Of a stretch of DNA of 48,623 bases, positions 8,940 to 18,323 are shown piece after piece. Location: the IMG/VR virus record IMGVR_UViG_3300020365_000026, positions 1 through 48,623 of that record, one strand, 5' to 3'. The notes beneath the pieces are model-generated. The model did no database searches. It was not told the DNA's origin and was given only the letters and a program-made list of their open reading frames with translations. Position 1 is the stretch's first letter, and each line of letters begins with the position of its first letter. The translations under genes and the position numbers were made by a program. Source of the stretch: a virus (Duplodnaviria > Caudoviricetes).

Positions 8940-10150
8940 AACAAAAACTCCAATTTTGGAAATACACTAGCACAGTCTTCTCGCCTAGTATTGTCAAGTG
9001 CCTTGGTGAAGTGTACAAAAGTATCTCTTGCTTGCTCATAATCTATGTCGTTATGATATCTGCCTATTAGATCATCCAGCATGTATTCTGGTAATAATAC
9101 ATCAATATTATCTAACTTACGCTTTCGCATATCACTTGGTATAATGTAGGCTGTCTGATAATCAGGACTGTGTACATGATTATAATAATGATACAAATCT
9201 ATATGGTTGTCCTGTAACCATTTCCAAAGTTCTTCAGCATACATGAAATTGTATACATTTATAGTTTGACATATAAGAAGTTTTATTCTAGGATAGCGTT
9301 CTTGGAACAAACGTATATTCTTTATGCTGAGTTCCCAATCAGCAGGATTTCTTATGTAAGCATTTCTTTGGTCAACATCATCTAAACTAAGATTGAATCT
9401 AACGTTTTTAAATTCACTTAGTATTTCTAATCCTGGTTTTATCTTTTCTAAATCATAATTTAAATTTGTGTGATAGCCAATGTTTATATCAGTTTTACCT
9501 TGGTCTAGTAAACCTTGTAAAAATTTAAAGTGACGAGGGATTAAAAATGGCTCACCTCCACTTATGTGTAGTTCTCTTAAATCACCAGTGTGTGCTAGTA
9601 TGTCTTGATAAAACTCATCACTGTCTACCCAATCAAAACTGTAGCGATCTTCTGCTCTAATTTTATCATAGTTGCTGGCAAGTGGTAGTTTATCTTTTAG
9701 TAGATCATATTCTTTTATCCACTTGGTACTGCTTTCTGCATTGCAACTTCTACAACGTAAGTTACAGTGATTGCCTAGCCTCAGTTCGATACTACGCAAA
9801 TTAGGTGTAATGGTTCCATCTTCAGCAGTTACTTTGGACCAATCATCTTTCCATATACTGTCTCTGATGCGTTTACTACGACCTCCACCATCTTCAATTT
9901 TTTTACAGCCCATACAACTGTCTGGTATTTTTCCAGCCAGCATCTCTCTGCGTATTCTACGATAATTGTCACTGTTTACAATTTGTTCAATGCTGTGATT
10001 TTTTACACCAAGTATATTTTTTTCGCCACGAGCATCGATATTATATCCATGTCCAGCCGCTTTTTTGTGTTCAGCTTCACAGCAAACACTTGTGCTTCCG
10101 TGTGGAAAAATACTAAAATGTACCCAAGGTAAATCACATAGGAATTGCAT
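8936..10150 (-). CDS. radical SAM protein with N-terminal twitch-type domain (rSAM-8)
   Basis: CDLPWVH..VCC..CMGC, CNLRCRSC, GGEP. Confidence 0.9.
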   Translation of the reverse strand: MQFLCDLPWVHFSIFPHGSTSVCCEAEHKKAAGHGYNIDARGEKNILGVKNHSIEQIVNSDNYRRIRREMLAGKIPDSCMGCKKIEDGGGRSKRIRDSIWKDDWSKVTAEDGTITPNLRSIELRLGNHCNLRCRSCNAESSTKWIKEYDLLKDKLPLASNYDKIRAEDRYSFDWVDSDEFYQDILAHTGDLRELHISGGEPFLIPRHFKFLQGLLDQGKTDINIGYHTNLNYDLEKIKPGLEILSEFKNVRFNLSLDDVDQRNAYIRNPADWELSIKNIRLFQERYPRIKLLICQTINVYNFMYAEELWKWLQDNHIDLYHYYNHVHSPDYQTAYIIPSDMRKRKLDNIDVLLPEYMLDDLIGRYHNDIDYEQARDTFVHFTKALDNTRREDCASVFPKLEFLF

Positions 10151-11366
10151 TGTACCAATCCTTTAATTTTGGAAACACGGTTCTAAAATCTTCGTTTCTT
10201 ATTTTATCTAAGCGTATTTGTTTTATTTTAAACTGCTTTCTTAATTCTAATACATCTTCGCAATTACTCATATCTTGCATGTAATCAATAACTGTTTTGA
10301 AACTTGGTTCAACAACTTCTCTGAGATATGGTTCAAGTGTATTTAAATAACTTTCAAAACTATCTTTTACTTGCTGTTTAAGATCATCATCCAATATTTT
10401 TATTGTGTGACTTCTAGGAGTTTGCAACAGATTATGCAGTAGTATTTGATAAGGCTTAATGCCTAATTCATCGAGTCTAGTATACAAGTCTGGTATTGTT
10501 AAAACATTCATTGCTTGTGTCGTGCATTCTATTAGAATTTTTACTTTGCTGTCTTTGAGACTTTTGAGATTATTTTCTATTTCTACCCAGCGAGTTCCTT
10601 TGCGTATATATTCTGCTCTTGAATCAATATCATCAATACTTGCATTTATTTGAACGGAATCAAAAAACTTCCACATGTCAATTAAGTCATATTTTTTATA
10701 GTGCAATTTCAACAAATTTGTATTGTATCTAATCTTTACATCGTGTCTATTGTGTGCTATTAGTTGTTCAAGTATGTAGTAATGCTCATCCATTATAAGA
10801 GGCTCACCTCCTGCAAAATAACAGTACTCAACATCATGTATTTTATCTTTTACCCATTGCTCAAGATCAATTTTACTTTTGTCCTGAGCATTTATAACTC
10901 TACTTTCTAAATTGAACTTTCTATTTTGAATCTTTGCAAGTTCTATTTCATCGTCATACCATTGACTGCTAAATGTGTGTCCACACATCCTACATTTCAT
11001 ATTACAGAGATTACTGAATCTGAAGTCCCAATACTTGAAATTGAAATTGTTAACACTGCCATCACTGTTTGTATTTGCTAATAAGTCCTGTATATTTTGT
11101 TTAAAGTGTTGGTTGTGATGTTGACGCATACTGGTTACACCATGTTTTTCTCTTTCAAAACATTTTGCACAACTTTTAGGTTCTTGATTGTTTAAAAACT
11201 TTAGCCTAAGGTCTTTAAAGTTTTTGTTGTTGACTATTTCATCTGGACTACCTTCAGACAGATGTCCCATTGGTTCATCGCCTATACAACAATGTAAAAC
11301 ATCACCCGATGAATTAAAATGTAAGTGTAACCAGGGCAGTACACAAAATGTTTTACTAGCGGTCAT
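10134..11366 (-). CDS. radical SAM protein with N-terminal twitch-type domain (rSAM-7)
   Basis: CVLPWLH..HCC..CAKC, CNMKCRMC, AGGEP. Confidence 0.9.
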   Translation of the reverse strand: MTASKTFCVLPWLHLHFNSSGDVLHCCIGDEPMGHLSEGSPDEIVNNKNFKDLRLKFLNNQEPKSCAKCFEREKHGVTSMRQHHNQHFKQNIQDLLANTNSDGSVNNFNFKYWDFRFSNLCNMKCRMCGHTFSSQWYDDEIELAKIQNRKFNLESRVINAQDKSKIDLEQWVKDKIHDVEYCYFAGGEPLIMDEHYYILEQLIAHNRHDVKIRYNTNLLKLHYKKYDLIDMWKFFDSVQINASIDDIDSRAEYIRKGTRWVEIENNLKSLKDSKVKILIECTTQAMNVLTIPDLYTRLDELGIKPYQILLHNLLQTPRSHTIKILDDDLKQQVKDSFESYLNTLEPYLREVVEPSFKTVIDYMQDMSNCEDVLELRKQFKIKQIRLDKIRNEDFRTVFPKLKDWYNAIPM

Positions 11367-12652
11367 TGTTTGGTTCTTCGATATTCTTGCTTTGCCTCTT
11401 GGTAAAAATTTTCTAACTCTGGAAATACTTGTGGAAAACTTTCTTCTCTGTGATTGTCCAATAAACTTGTAACTTCATAGAATTTTGCTCTTAGTTTAGA
11501 TTTTGTCCATTTGTCCATATCCTTGTCCAAGACCATATATTCGATAATACTGTTGTACTTGCTTCTTAAATCATCTTTTTGATCCTTAGGTACAGTAGCA
11601 AGATGTTGATCAAATTTTTGTTTGATTTCTTCTTTATCACTGTCAAGTAGTAGGTTAACATGATACCACTGTGGATTAGTTAATACATTGTTCAGGTGTA
11701 TGTGTTGCATTTGCAAACCTTTACTGAACAACCAGTCTACAAACTCAGGTGTGGTTTTAACATTAAACAAATTTATTGTAGGACTTATACTAAACATAAC
11801 GTTTTGTTCTGCTTTAGCCTGCATAATTCTATCTACATTTTGCTCAATTGTTTTCCAAACTGTACCTTTACGAATGTACTCTCCTCGAGAATCCATAGCA
11901 TCTAAACTTGCAAGTACATTTACATGCTCAAAGTTTTTCCATAGTTCAATGTTGTCCCATTTTTTAAATTTCAGTTTGAGTAAATTTGTATTGTATCTTA
12001 TTCTTACATCAAAGCGTTTCTTTTCAATTAGTTTTTCTAGGATATAATAGTGTTCATCCATTATAAGTGGTTCGCCGCCAGCAAAGTATACCTCTTCTAC
12101 ATGATCAATATGATTTTCCAACAAGTCATAAAGGTTTTCTTTGCTTACATCTCTTGTGTTTACAACACCGCCAGGTGCTGATTCGCTAGATGATCCATAT
12201 ACAGCTAGTTCATCTGCATTCCAAAGACTGCTTAGATGTCCGCCACACATACGGCATTTCATGTTGCACAAATTACTAAATCTAAAGTCCCAATAGTGTA
12301 ACTTTACATCATCTACATGTCCTTCTTCTGTTGTTTTGTTTTCTATGTCTGCAATATGATGATTGAACTGACGATTAGCATTTTGCCTAAAACTTGTAAT
12401 GCCCATGTTTTCTTGTTCATAGCATTTAACACAGCTTTCAGGAAATTTTCCTTCTAGTAAATCTTTTCTAAGTTCTCGCATATAGTCATTGTTGAATACT
12501 TCTTCAAGCGTATTATTTTTAAGATCACCAATAACATTTCTGTAGTCAGTAATACAACATTGAAACACACTACCGTTGGGCCAAGTATTTAGATGTATCC
12601 AAGGAATAATACAAAAACTTTTGCTTGGTTCTTTGTTAGGTTGTTGCTTCAT
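11363..12652 (-). CDS. radical SAM protein with N-terminal twitch-type domain (rSAM-6)
   Basis: CIIPWIH..QCC..CVKC, CNMKCRMC, AGGEP. Confidence 0.9.
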   Translation of the reverse strand: MKQQPNKEPSKSFCIIPWIHLNTWPNGSVFQCCITDYRNVIGDLKNNTLEEVFNNDYMRELRKDLLEGKFPESCVKCYEQENMGITSFRQNANRQFNHHIADIENKTTEEGHVDDVKLHYWDFRFSNLCNMKCRMCGGHLSSLWNADELAVYGSSSESAPGGVVNTRDVSKENLYDLLENHIDHVEEVYFAGGEPLIMDEHYYILEKLIEKKRFDVRIRYNTNLLKLKFKKWDNIELWKNFEHVNVLASLDAMDSRGEYIRKGTVWKTIEQNVDRIMQAKAEQNVMFSISPTINLFNVKTTPEFVDWLFSKGLQMQHIHLNNVLTNPQWYHVNLLLDSDKEEIKQKFDQHLATVPKDQKDDLRSKYNSIIEYMVLDKDMDKWTKSKLRAKFYEVTSLLDNHREESFPQVFPELENFYQEAKQEYRRTKQ

Positions 12653-13991
12653 TCATTTCCTCCCACCATTTAGTAAATCCTGCATTGTCTATTGTTTTTA
12701 CAATATCAATATCTCTGCGTTTGGTATAACTGCTAAAGAATTTAACAAAGTCTGCTTGTTTATCTTCTACTGTATCTGTATCTTCTATTGCTCTATTAAT
12801 TTTTTGAAGATATGTGATTAATCTTTGTATATGTGCTTTCTCACTATCTGTTAAGAAACTTCCAAATGCTTCTAACCATTCTGTTAGATGTGCTATTCGT
12901 TCTTGTTTAATATACTCTGGTAACAGGGTAACACTTTGAAAACTAGGAAAACGCAATATGTTTAATGTCATATGAAACAATGCTTTGTTGCTAAATTCTC
13001 TTTTAAGATCAATCATATCATCTAAAAAGTCAGTGATACTAAACAACGTAAGGTTGCTTATTGTCATCATAATACTAATATGTCTATAGTTGCCTTCTTT
13101 AGCAAAACGCACAAGGTTACGTTTCCATGTGTTATATTTAAATCCATGTCGTATTAGTTCTGCATGTTTGCCCGCTGTTTCACAACTAGTATACAAATCA
13201 AATGTTTGAAACTTTTTGCTTGCATCAATCAGTTTATCCATCATTTTATCTTCAAGTATAAGATTACTGTTTATTGCAAAGTTAAACTTTTCACCTTCGC
13301 ATTTATCTACCAGCTTCCAAAAGTGAGGACTACGAGTAGGTTCACCACCAGTTACTCTTAACTCTTGTAAATCTTCTTTGAGACCATCATCAAACCATTT
13401 AAAGAATGCTTTGGTAAACAAGTTGCCATCATGTCCTTTGAGACCAAAGCTATGAGCATGATCTCCGTCATTCTGATATGCTCCGCCACCTGCTGTTTTC
13501 ATGCCTTCATATATACCATTTGTTTTTATGTCATTGGCCCAAGTAGTACTGAACTCAGGATTACAGTAACTACAACTTAGATTGCACAGATTGTCAAAAC
13601 TAATTTCAAGTGTCTTAGGATTAACATCTTCATCCCAACCAATATTTTTGATTGCTTCTATTTCTTCTGGAGTATAAATGCTACTTTTGAAAACTCTGTC
13701 GCTCATTGCGTCAGGGTCTGCATCTTCTACAGCCCAACAGTATGTGCATTCTTCAGGGCGTTTACCTTCGAGCATTTCTTTTCTACGTTGCTTTTTAAAC
13801 TCTGTGTTGTGTATTGCTTTGTGATTTTTAAATACTTCTCTTGGTGGAATATAATGTGCTTCTGGATGATGACAACTAGCAGTTCTGCCATTGCTTAACC
13901 ATATAGTACTATTATACCACTTAGCCGCACAAAATCCACAACCTACTTTGTTTACTTGATCTTTAACTTTTTGTAGTTCTTTATGTTTCAT
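12636..13991 (-). CDS. radical SAM protein with N-terminal twitch-type domain, SCHHP subtype (rSAM-5)
   Basis: CAAKW..SCHHP..CTYCW, CNLSCSYC, TGGEP. Confidence 0.9.
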   Translation of the reverse strand: MKHKELQKVKDQVNKVGCGFCAAKWYNSTIWLSNGRTASCHHPEAHYIPPREVFKNHKAIHNTEFKKQRRKEMLEGKRPEECTYCWAVEDADPDAMSDRVFKSSIYTPEEIEAIKNIGWDEDVNPKTLEISFDNLCNLSCSYCNPEFSTTWANDIKTNGIYEGMKTAGGGAYQNDGDHAHSFGLKGHDGNLFTKAFFKWFDDGLKEDLQELRVTGGEPTRSPHFWKLVDKCEGEKFNFAINSNLILEDKMMDKLIDASKKFQTFDLYTSCETAGKHAELIRHGFKYNTWKRNLVRFAKEGNYRHISIMMTISNLTLFSITDFLDDMIDLKREFSNKALFHMTLNILRFPSFQSVTLLPEYIKQERIAHLTEWLEAFGSFLTDSEKAHIQRLITYLQKINRAIEDTDTVEDKQADFVKFFSSYTKRRDIDIVKTIDNAGFTKWWEEMNEATT

Positions 13992-15400
13992 GACTCACCT
14001 TGATAATCATATGTTTTACAAATTTTGTAATACGTTTCTAGCTCTGGGAATGTTTTTGCAAAGTTTGTATTTCTTCTAATATCATACTCGTCTACATATT
14101 TCCAAAAATCACTGCGGTTCATATCTAATGTACCTATGCTATCATCATTCATAAATGCCAACAATCTTTCCAATTGGTTTATTTCTTCTAACCATAAAAA
14201 TCCTGTATCCTTTGTATTGCCGACTTGATAACTTTCTGCAAAAGTTATAATATCTTTTTCCACTATTGCTTTGGTTTCATCATCTAAATTACATATAGCT
14301 AGGAAATTTGGATAACGAAGAAAGTTAGACATACAAGGCAAAACGTTTCCATCGTCTTTGTGTTTAATATACTTAGCTCTTAATTTTATCACGTCTTTTA
14401 GAAAGTGATGATATGATCCAACGCTCAATATGTTGACTGTGGTCATAAATGCAAAAACTAGTTTAAATTCTCCGTACAATTCACTTAATACCCAATCGCA
14501 GTTTTTATACCATCTATCATAATCTAAACCAAAACGTGCATACTCAGCCGCCGCTCCTGTACTTTCTCCGCTTGTAAATATTTGTAGTTCTTTGATATTT
14601 GGTCCAATCTCTTTTGCAAGTGCAATGAATCTTTCTAATAATTTAGGTTCTACATCTAAGTTTGTGTTTATAGCAAGCACTAAATCATCTCTTGGATTAT
14701 CTTTAATTGCTTCCAGCACTTGCCAACAATCTTTACTCATCAATGGTTCGCCGCCTGTAAGTCTTAATGTGTGTAAGTTAGGATATAGTTCAGGCCACCA
14801 TTTCCAAAATGCATCAACATAAGGATTAGGATCTTTTTTAGGAATAGGCATTCTACCCATGTCCTTCTGTGCTTCTAAATTATTGTGTTTAAAATGTGTT
14901 GGATATTCTCCATACTGATTAATTTCTTCCATCCATTTACTGCTGAGATCAGGACTACAATATGCACACTTTAGATTACATACATTGCTGAAACTTATTT
15001 CCAAATAACTGGGTTCTATATCAGTATCAGCACCTTTTTCCATAACATCATATATGTGTGGCATTGCCCAGCTGGTTTGACTTTTGTAAGTTCTGTCACT
15101 AAAGAACTTGTCTCCTTGATCTTCTACTCTCCAACAGTAATCGCATTCTTTTGGTCTTTCGCCAGCAAGCATCTGTCTCATACGTTCTTTTTTATGTTGG
15201 GTATTGTGTAGTGCTTTAGGATTTTTCAATACTTCTTCAACAGGTATCTTGTGTGTAGGAGGATGGTGACAACTGTGATTCATTCCATTTTGCAAATACA
15301 ATGTATGTTGCAACCATTTGGCTAAACAAAAACTAGGACTTATACTGTTGAGCAAGTCTCTTGTTTCGTTTAGTTCATCTTCTAATTGTTTTCTACCCAT
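13988..15400 (-). CDS. radical SAM protein with N-terminal twitch-type domain, SCHHP subtype (rSAM-4)
   Basis: CLAKW..SCHHP..CDYCW, CNLKCAYC, TGGEP. Confidence 0.9.
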   Translation of the reverse strand: MGRKQLEDELNETRDLLNSISPSFCLAKWLQHTLYLQNGMNHSCHHPPTHKIPVEEVLKNPKALHNTQHKKERMRQMLAGERPKECDYCWRVEDQGDKFFSDRTYKSQTSWAMPHIYDVMEKGADTDIEPSYLEISFSNVCNLKCAYCSPDLSSKWMEEINQYGEYPTHFKHNNLEAQKDMGRMPIPKKDPNPYVDAFWKWWPELYPNLHTLRLTGGEPLMSKDCWQVLEAIKDNPRDDLVLAINTNLDVEPKLLERFIALAKEIGPNIKELQIFTSGESTGAAAEYARFGLDYDRWYKNCDWVLSELYGEFKLVFAFMTTVNILSVGSYHHFLKDVIKLRAKYIKHKDDGNVLPCMSNFLRYPNFLAICNLDDETKAIVEKDIITFAESYQVGNTKDTGFLWLEEINQLERLLAFMNDDSIGTLDMNRSDFWKYVDEYDIRRNTNFAKTFPELETYYKICKTYDYQGES

Positions 15401-16262
15401 CTTTTTCCATCCATTGTTTAATTTGCTCGTAAAAGTAACGATTATGTTTTTGGTCCAAGTGATTTGGATACATCATTCTAGGTTTCAGTCTTCCTTGCTT
15501 GTGCGGTAAAGTCAATACCTTTTTATAAAGTATGTTAGGCATATCACCTTGTTCTGCCATTTTGTGTAGCATAAGATCCGGTCTAAACTCCATGTTAGTA
15601 AACTTGTGTCCTTTATGCCAGCCTTGTTTACTTCCATCATAATTACCAACTGGTATGCAAATGAACTTTTTAAAAAATCCAGCATAATGATCTAATGCAC
15701 CCAAGAACAACTTTACCCTGTTTTGATATTCAGGTGTTTCCATATAATCCATTACAAAAGTTTTTGCAAACTCATGATATTGTTCCCAACTTACTGGCAA
15801 ATTACGATTTGTATTTGCTTGACCTATCACATGATCATATTCTTTTTTAGAATAAGCATGATATGAAAAACTCCATTGATGATCCACTTTATAACCAGTC
15901 AATGGTACACGATTAATCATGTCAGCTAAAATAAAAATTACACTTATATTTTTGTAATCGTTTACTTGTATATCTTCATCTGTTTTATTAGTAAGACGTA
16001 AAAAACAAGTGTCACCGCTAATACCACATTGTGCATAATTTTCTACATCATATTCTTTGGATAGCCAATAAGCCCATCCTTCATATGTAAGACAATCCCT
16101 TTTATATTTAGAATTATTATTTTCTATAAATGCTGATGTATGTTCGTATTGATTTACATCTATCTTTTGCTTTATAAAAGCTGTTAAAGGCCAATCCTTA
16201 AATTCCATATAATTTGTTTTTATGTCAGCATGACTATCTCCGAAGATCCACAGTTTTTGCAT
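15393..16262 (-). CDS. SGNH/GDSL-like hydrolase or acyltransferase
   Basis: N-terminal LWIFGDSH block I, ENYAQCGIS block II-like, C-terminal PNHL candidate catalytic His. Confidence 0.55.
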   Translation of the reverse strand: MQKLWIFGDSHADIKTNYMEFKDWPLTAFIKQKIDVNQYEHTSAFIENNNSKYKRDCLTYEGWAYWLSKEYDVENYAQCGISGDTCFLRLTNKTDEDIQVNDYKNISVIFILADMINRVPLTGYKVDHQWSFSYHAYSKKEYDHVIGQANTNRNLPVSWEQYHEFAKTFVMDYMETPEYQNRVKLFLGALDHYAGFFKKFICIPVGNYDGSKQGWHKGHKFTNMEFRPDLMLHKMAEQGDMPNILYKKVLTLPHKQGRLKPRMMYPNHLDQKHNRYFYEQIKQWMEKDG

Positions 16263-16573
16263 TAATCTTCCTCAACATCAACTGCACAGTTTTTCCAACA
16301 AATAGGATGTGCTTTTTCCTGGTCATTCATTAACATTTTAAAAAATTCTTTCCATTGTTTACTATACAATATTTCTTCAATAGAATCAACATTTTTTATG
16401 TTTAGTTCTTCATCCCACAAATTAGCATAGTTTTCTTGTTTGAGAGGCATATGATCTAACCAACAACAAGGCATCATAAATCCAGCACTTGTAAAATTAG
16501 GAAAGTTTCCTAAATCCTTGGCTTTGCTAAAATCAAATCTATGAGGCATACATTGTGGTTTAAGTTTCTTCAT
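16262..16573 (-). CDS. stand-alone SPASM/twitch Fe-S binding domain protein
   Basis: PQC..SAGFMMPCCWLD..SIEEIL..CWKNC; own GAGGAGG RBS at 16581-16587. Confidence 0.75.
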   Translation of the reverse strand: MKKLKPQCMPHRFDFSKAKDLGNFPNFTSAGFMMPCCWLDHMPLKQENYANLWDEELNIKNVDSIEEILYSKQWKEFFKMLMNDQEKAHPICWKNCAVDVEED

Positions 16574-17352
16574 ACTTTGACCTCCTCAGTGTGTTCTTCG
16601 CCTTGATCATATCTAATAAATTCTCTTGTGCTTTGTATATTTGTACTGTATAGATTTTCATCATCTGGCGGATCTAAAGGACCATTGTCGTATCCAAACC
16701 TACCGCTTTTTACAGTCAAGAATCTTATTTTGTGTTGCTTTGCCAACTGTTTGGCTTGTTCGATTTCATGTTGATTGTATTTGAAAGGTATGAACTGCCA
16801 TGTAACAAGACTGTTTTTTGGATTTAAATTTTGTTTACAGTATGTCATAGCATACCAACTTTCATCAAATTTTTGATTCTTTCTGTGCAATGCAGTCTTT
16901 TGATCAATGCCATCTATGCCAAAAATCATTTCTGTAAAATATTTCTTGCTGTTGCAAATATCAACTAACTGGTGCCACCATTCTTGTTTTTTGTGGCTAC
17001 CGTTGGTATGTATTTGTACACGTTCTGTAGTTGTATCTCCTAGTGCATCAAGTATTTCTAAAAACTGTGGATTGTAAATTGGATCACTTATATTACCGCA
17101 AAACATTTGTGTTTTAAATGTGTTGCCTAATCTTACAGCGTCTTGTATTGTTAGATCTCCATAAGCGTTTTGATAATCTTTGACTTGATCCATTCCCCAA
17201 TCTAAAATTGTCCTGCTACAAAATGCACAAGCTAACATGCATCTATGTGTAGCATCAATGTTTACTTTGTAGTTTAGCAACCATTTTACATAGTCGTCAT
17301 ACAATTCATCAAATTCATTGTCAGTTAGAGCTTGCTTTCCAAATGTTATCAT
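16570..17352 (-). CDS. radical SAM core protein lacking an auxiliary domain (rSAM-3)
   Basis: CMLACAFC, CGNISDP, HTNGS, FGIDG, WQFIPFKYNQH; same type as the N-terminal part of 7770-8939. Confidence 0.88.
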   Translation of the reverse strand: MITFGKQALTDNEFDELYDDYVKWLLNYKVNIDATHRCMLACAFCSRTILDWGMDQVKDYQNAYGDLTIQDAVRLGNTFKTQMFCGNISDPIYNPQFLEILDALGDTTTERVQIHTNGSHKKQEWWHQLVDICNSKKYFTEMIFGIDGIDQKTALHRKNQKFDESWYAMTYCKQNLNPKNSLVTWQFIPFKYNQHEIEQAKQLAKQHKIRFLTVKSGRFGYDNGPLDPPDDENLYSTNIQSTREFIRYDQGEEHTEEVKV

Positions 17353-18323
17353 GGCATAAACTCTCTATAATCAGTGCCATGTATTTGATCTAACAAAGTC
17401 ATTTGTTCAATAAACTTCTTGCGTAACCGAGGTTCATCTAATGCTTCAGGCTTCATCCAACTTGGACTGTATACAGGCTGATTGAAAACACAGTGGATAT
17501 CGTGTTGTTTGAAGAAATCTCTTATATCATCTAATAGATGATTGTTAAGTGCTTGTGGTGTGCATAAAATATAAATCTGTTCTATATTTTTCTTCATGTC
17601 TAAAATGTTGGGCCAAACTTGCTCCCAGTCTGCATTTTGTCTAAGATAGTTGAACAGAGGTCCAACACCGTCCGCACTTATTGTCACTGTTGTTGCTTTA
17701 AACTTGCGAAACTTTTCGTAGTATGCACTTAGATCCCAAGTGCCATTTGTTGTCAGTGCGAGGTTAATATTTTTTGCAAGATCTTTTTCAATCAAGTAAT
17801 CTATTATTTTCCTTACTTGTGGAATCATAATAGGTTCACCGCCTGTGAACTTTATTTCCATTGCATCATGTAATTCTGTGGTCAGGTCTTTTACTTCCTT
17901 GTGCCATTTCTTTCTATTTTGTTTTCCGTAATGAACACCTAGAGGCATATCAGGATTTTCTTTAACAATTTTTTCCCAAGTACTGCTACTGTGACCTCCA
18001 CATATCCTACAAGCAAGATTACATGTATTATTGATTTTTAGATCCCAAAATAATATCCCATCAGAATCTTCATAACCTTCTAATTTTTTATTATATGTTG
18101 TTCTATAGCTAGAGCCATCTCGTTCTTCAACAGTTTTACACCCATGACATCTATCAACCCAGCCGTGCTTACTTTGTTCATACATCTCCATATGTTTGCT
18201 ACGCCAATCATCTTCAAGAGAGTACTTTGGATATCCGTTACCTTTGTCCATTACACAACAAGGATATACACTGCCGTCTGGATCAATTGTTAGTCCATGT
18301 TTAAATAATTTGCAGTAACTCAT
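17349..18323 (-). CDS. radical SAM protein with N-terminal twitch-type domain (rSAM-2)
   Basis: YCKLF..PCC..CHGC, CNLACRIC, TGGEP; ATG 18323 forms an ATGA overlap with the upstream stop. Confidence 0.9.
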   Translation of the reverse strand: MSYCKLFKHGLTIDPDGSVYPCCVMDKGNGYPKYSLEDDWRSKHMEMYEQSKHGWVDRCHGCKTVEERDGSSYRTTYNKKLEGYEDSDGILFWDLKINNTCNLACRICGGHSSSTWEKIVKENPDMPLGVHYGKQNRKKWHKEVKDLTTELHDAMEIKFTGGEPIMIPQVRKIIDYLIEKDLAKNINLALTTNGTWDLSAYYEKFRKFKATTVTISADGVGPLFNYLRQNADWEQVWPNILDMKKNIEQIYILCTPQALNNHLLDDIRDFFKQHDIHCVFNQPVYSPSWMKPEALDEPRLRKKFIEQMTLLDQIHGTDYREFMP

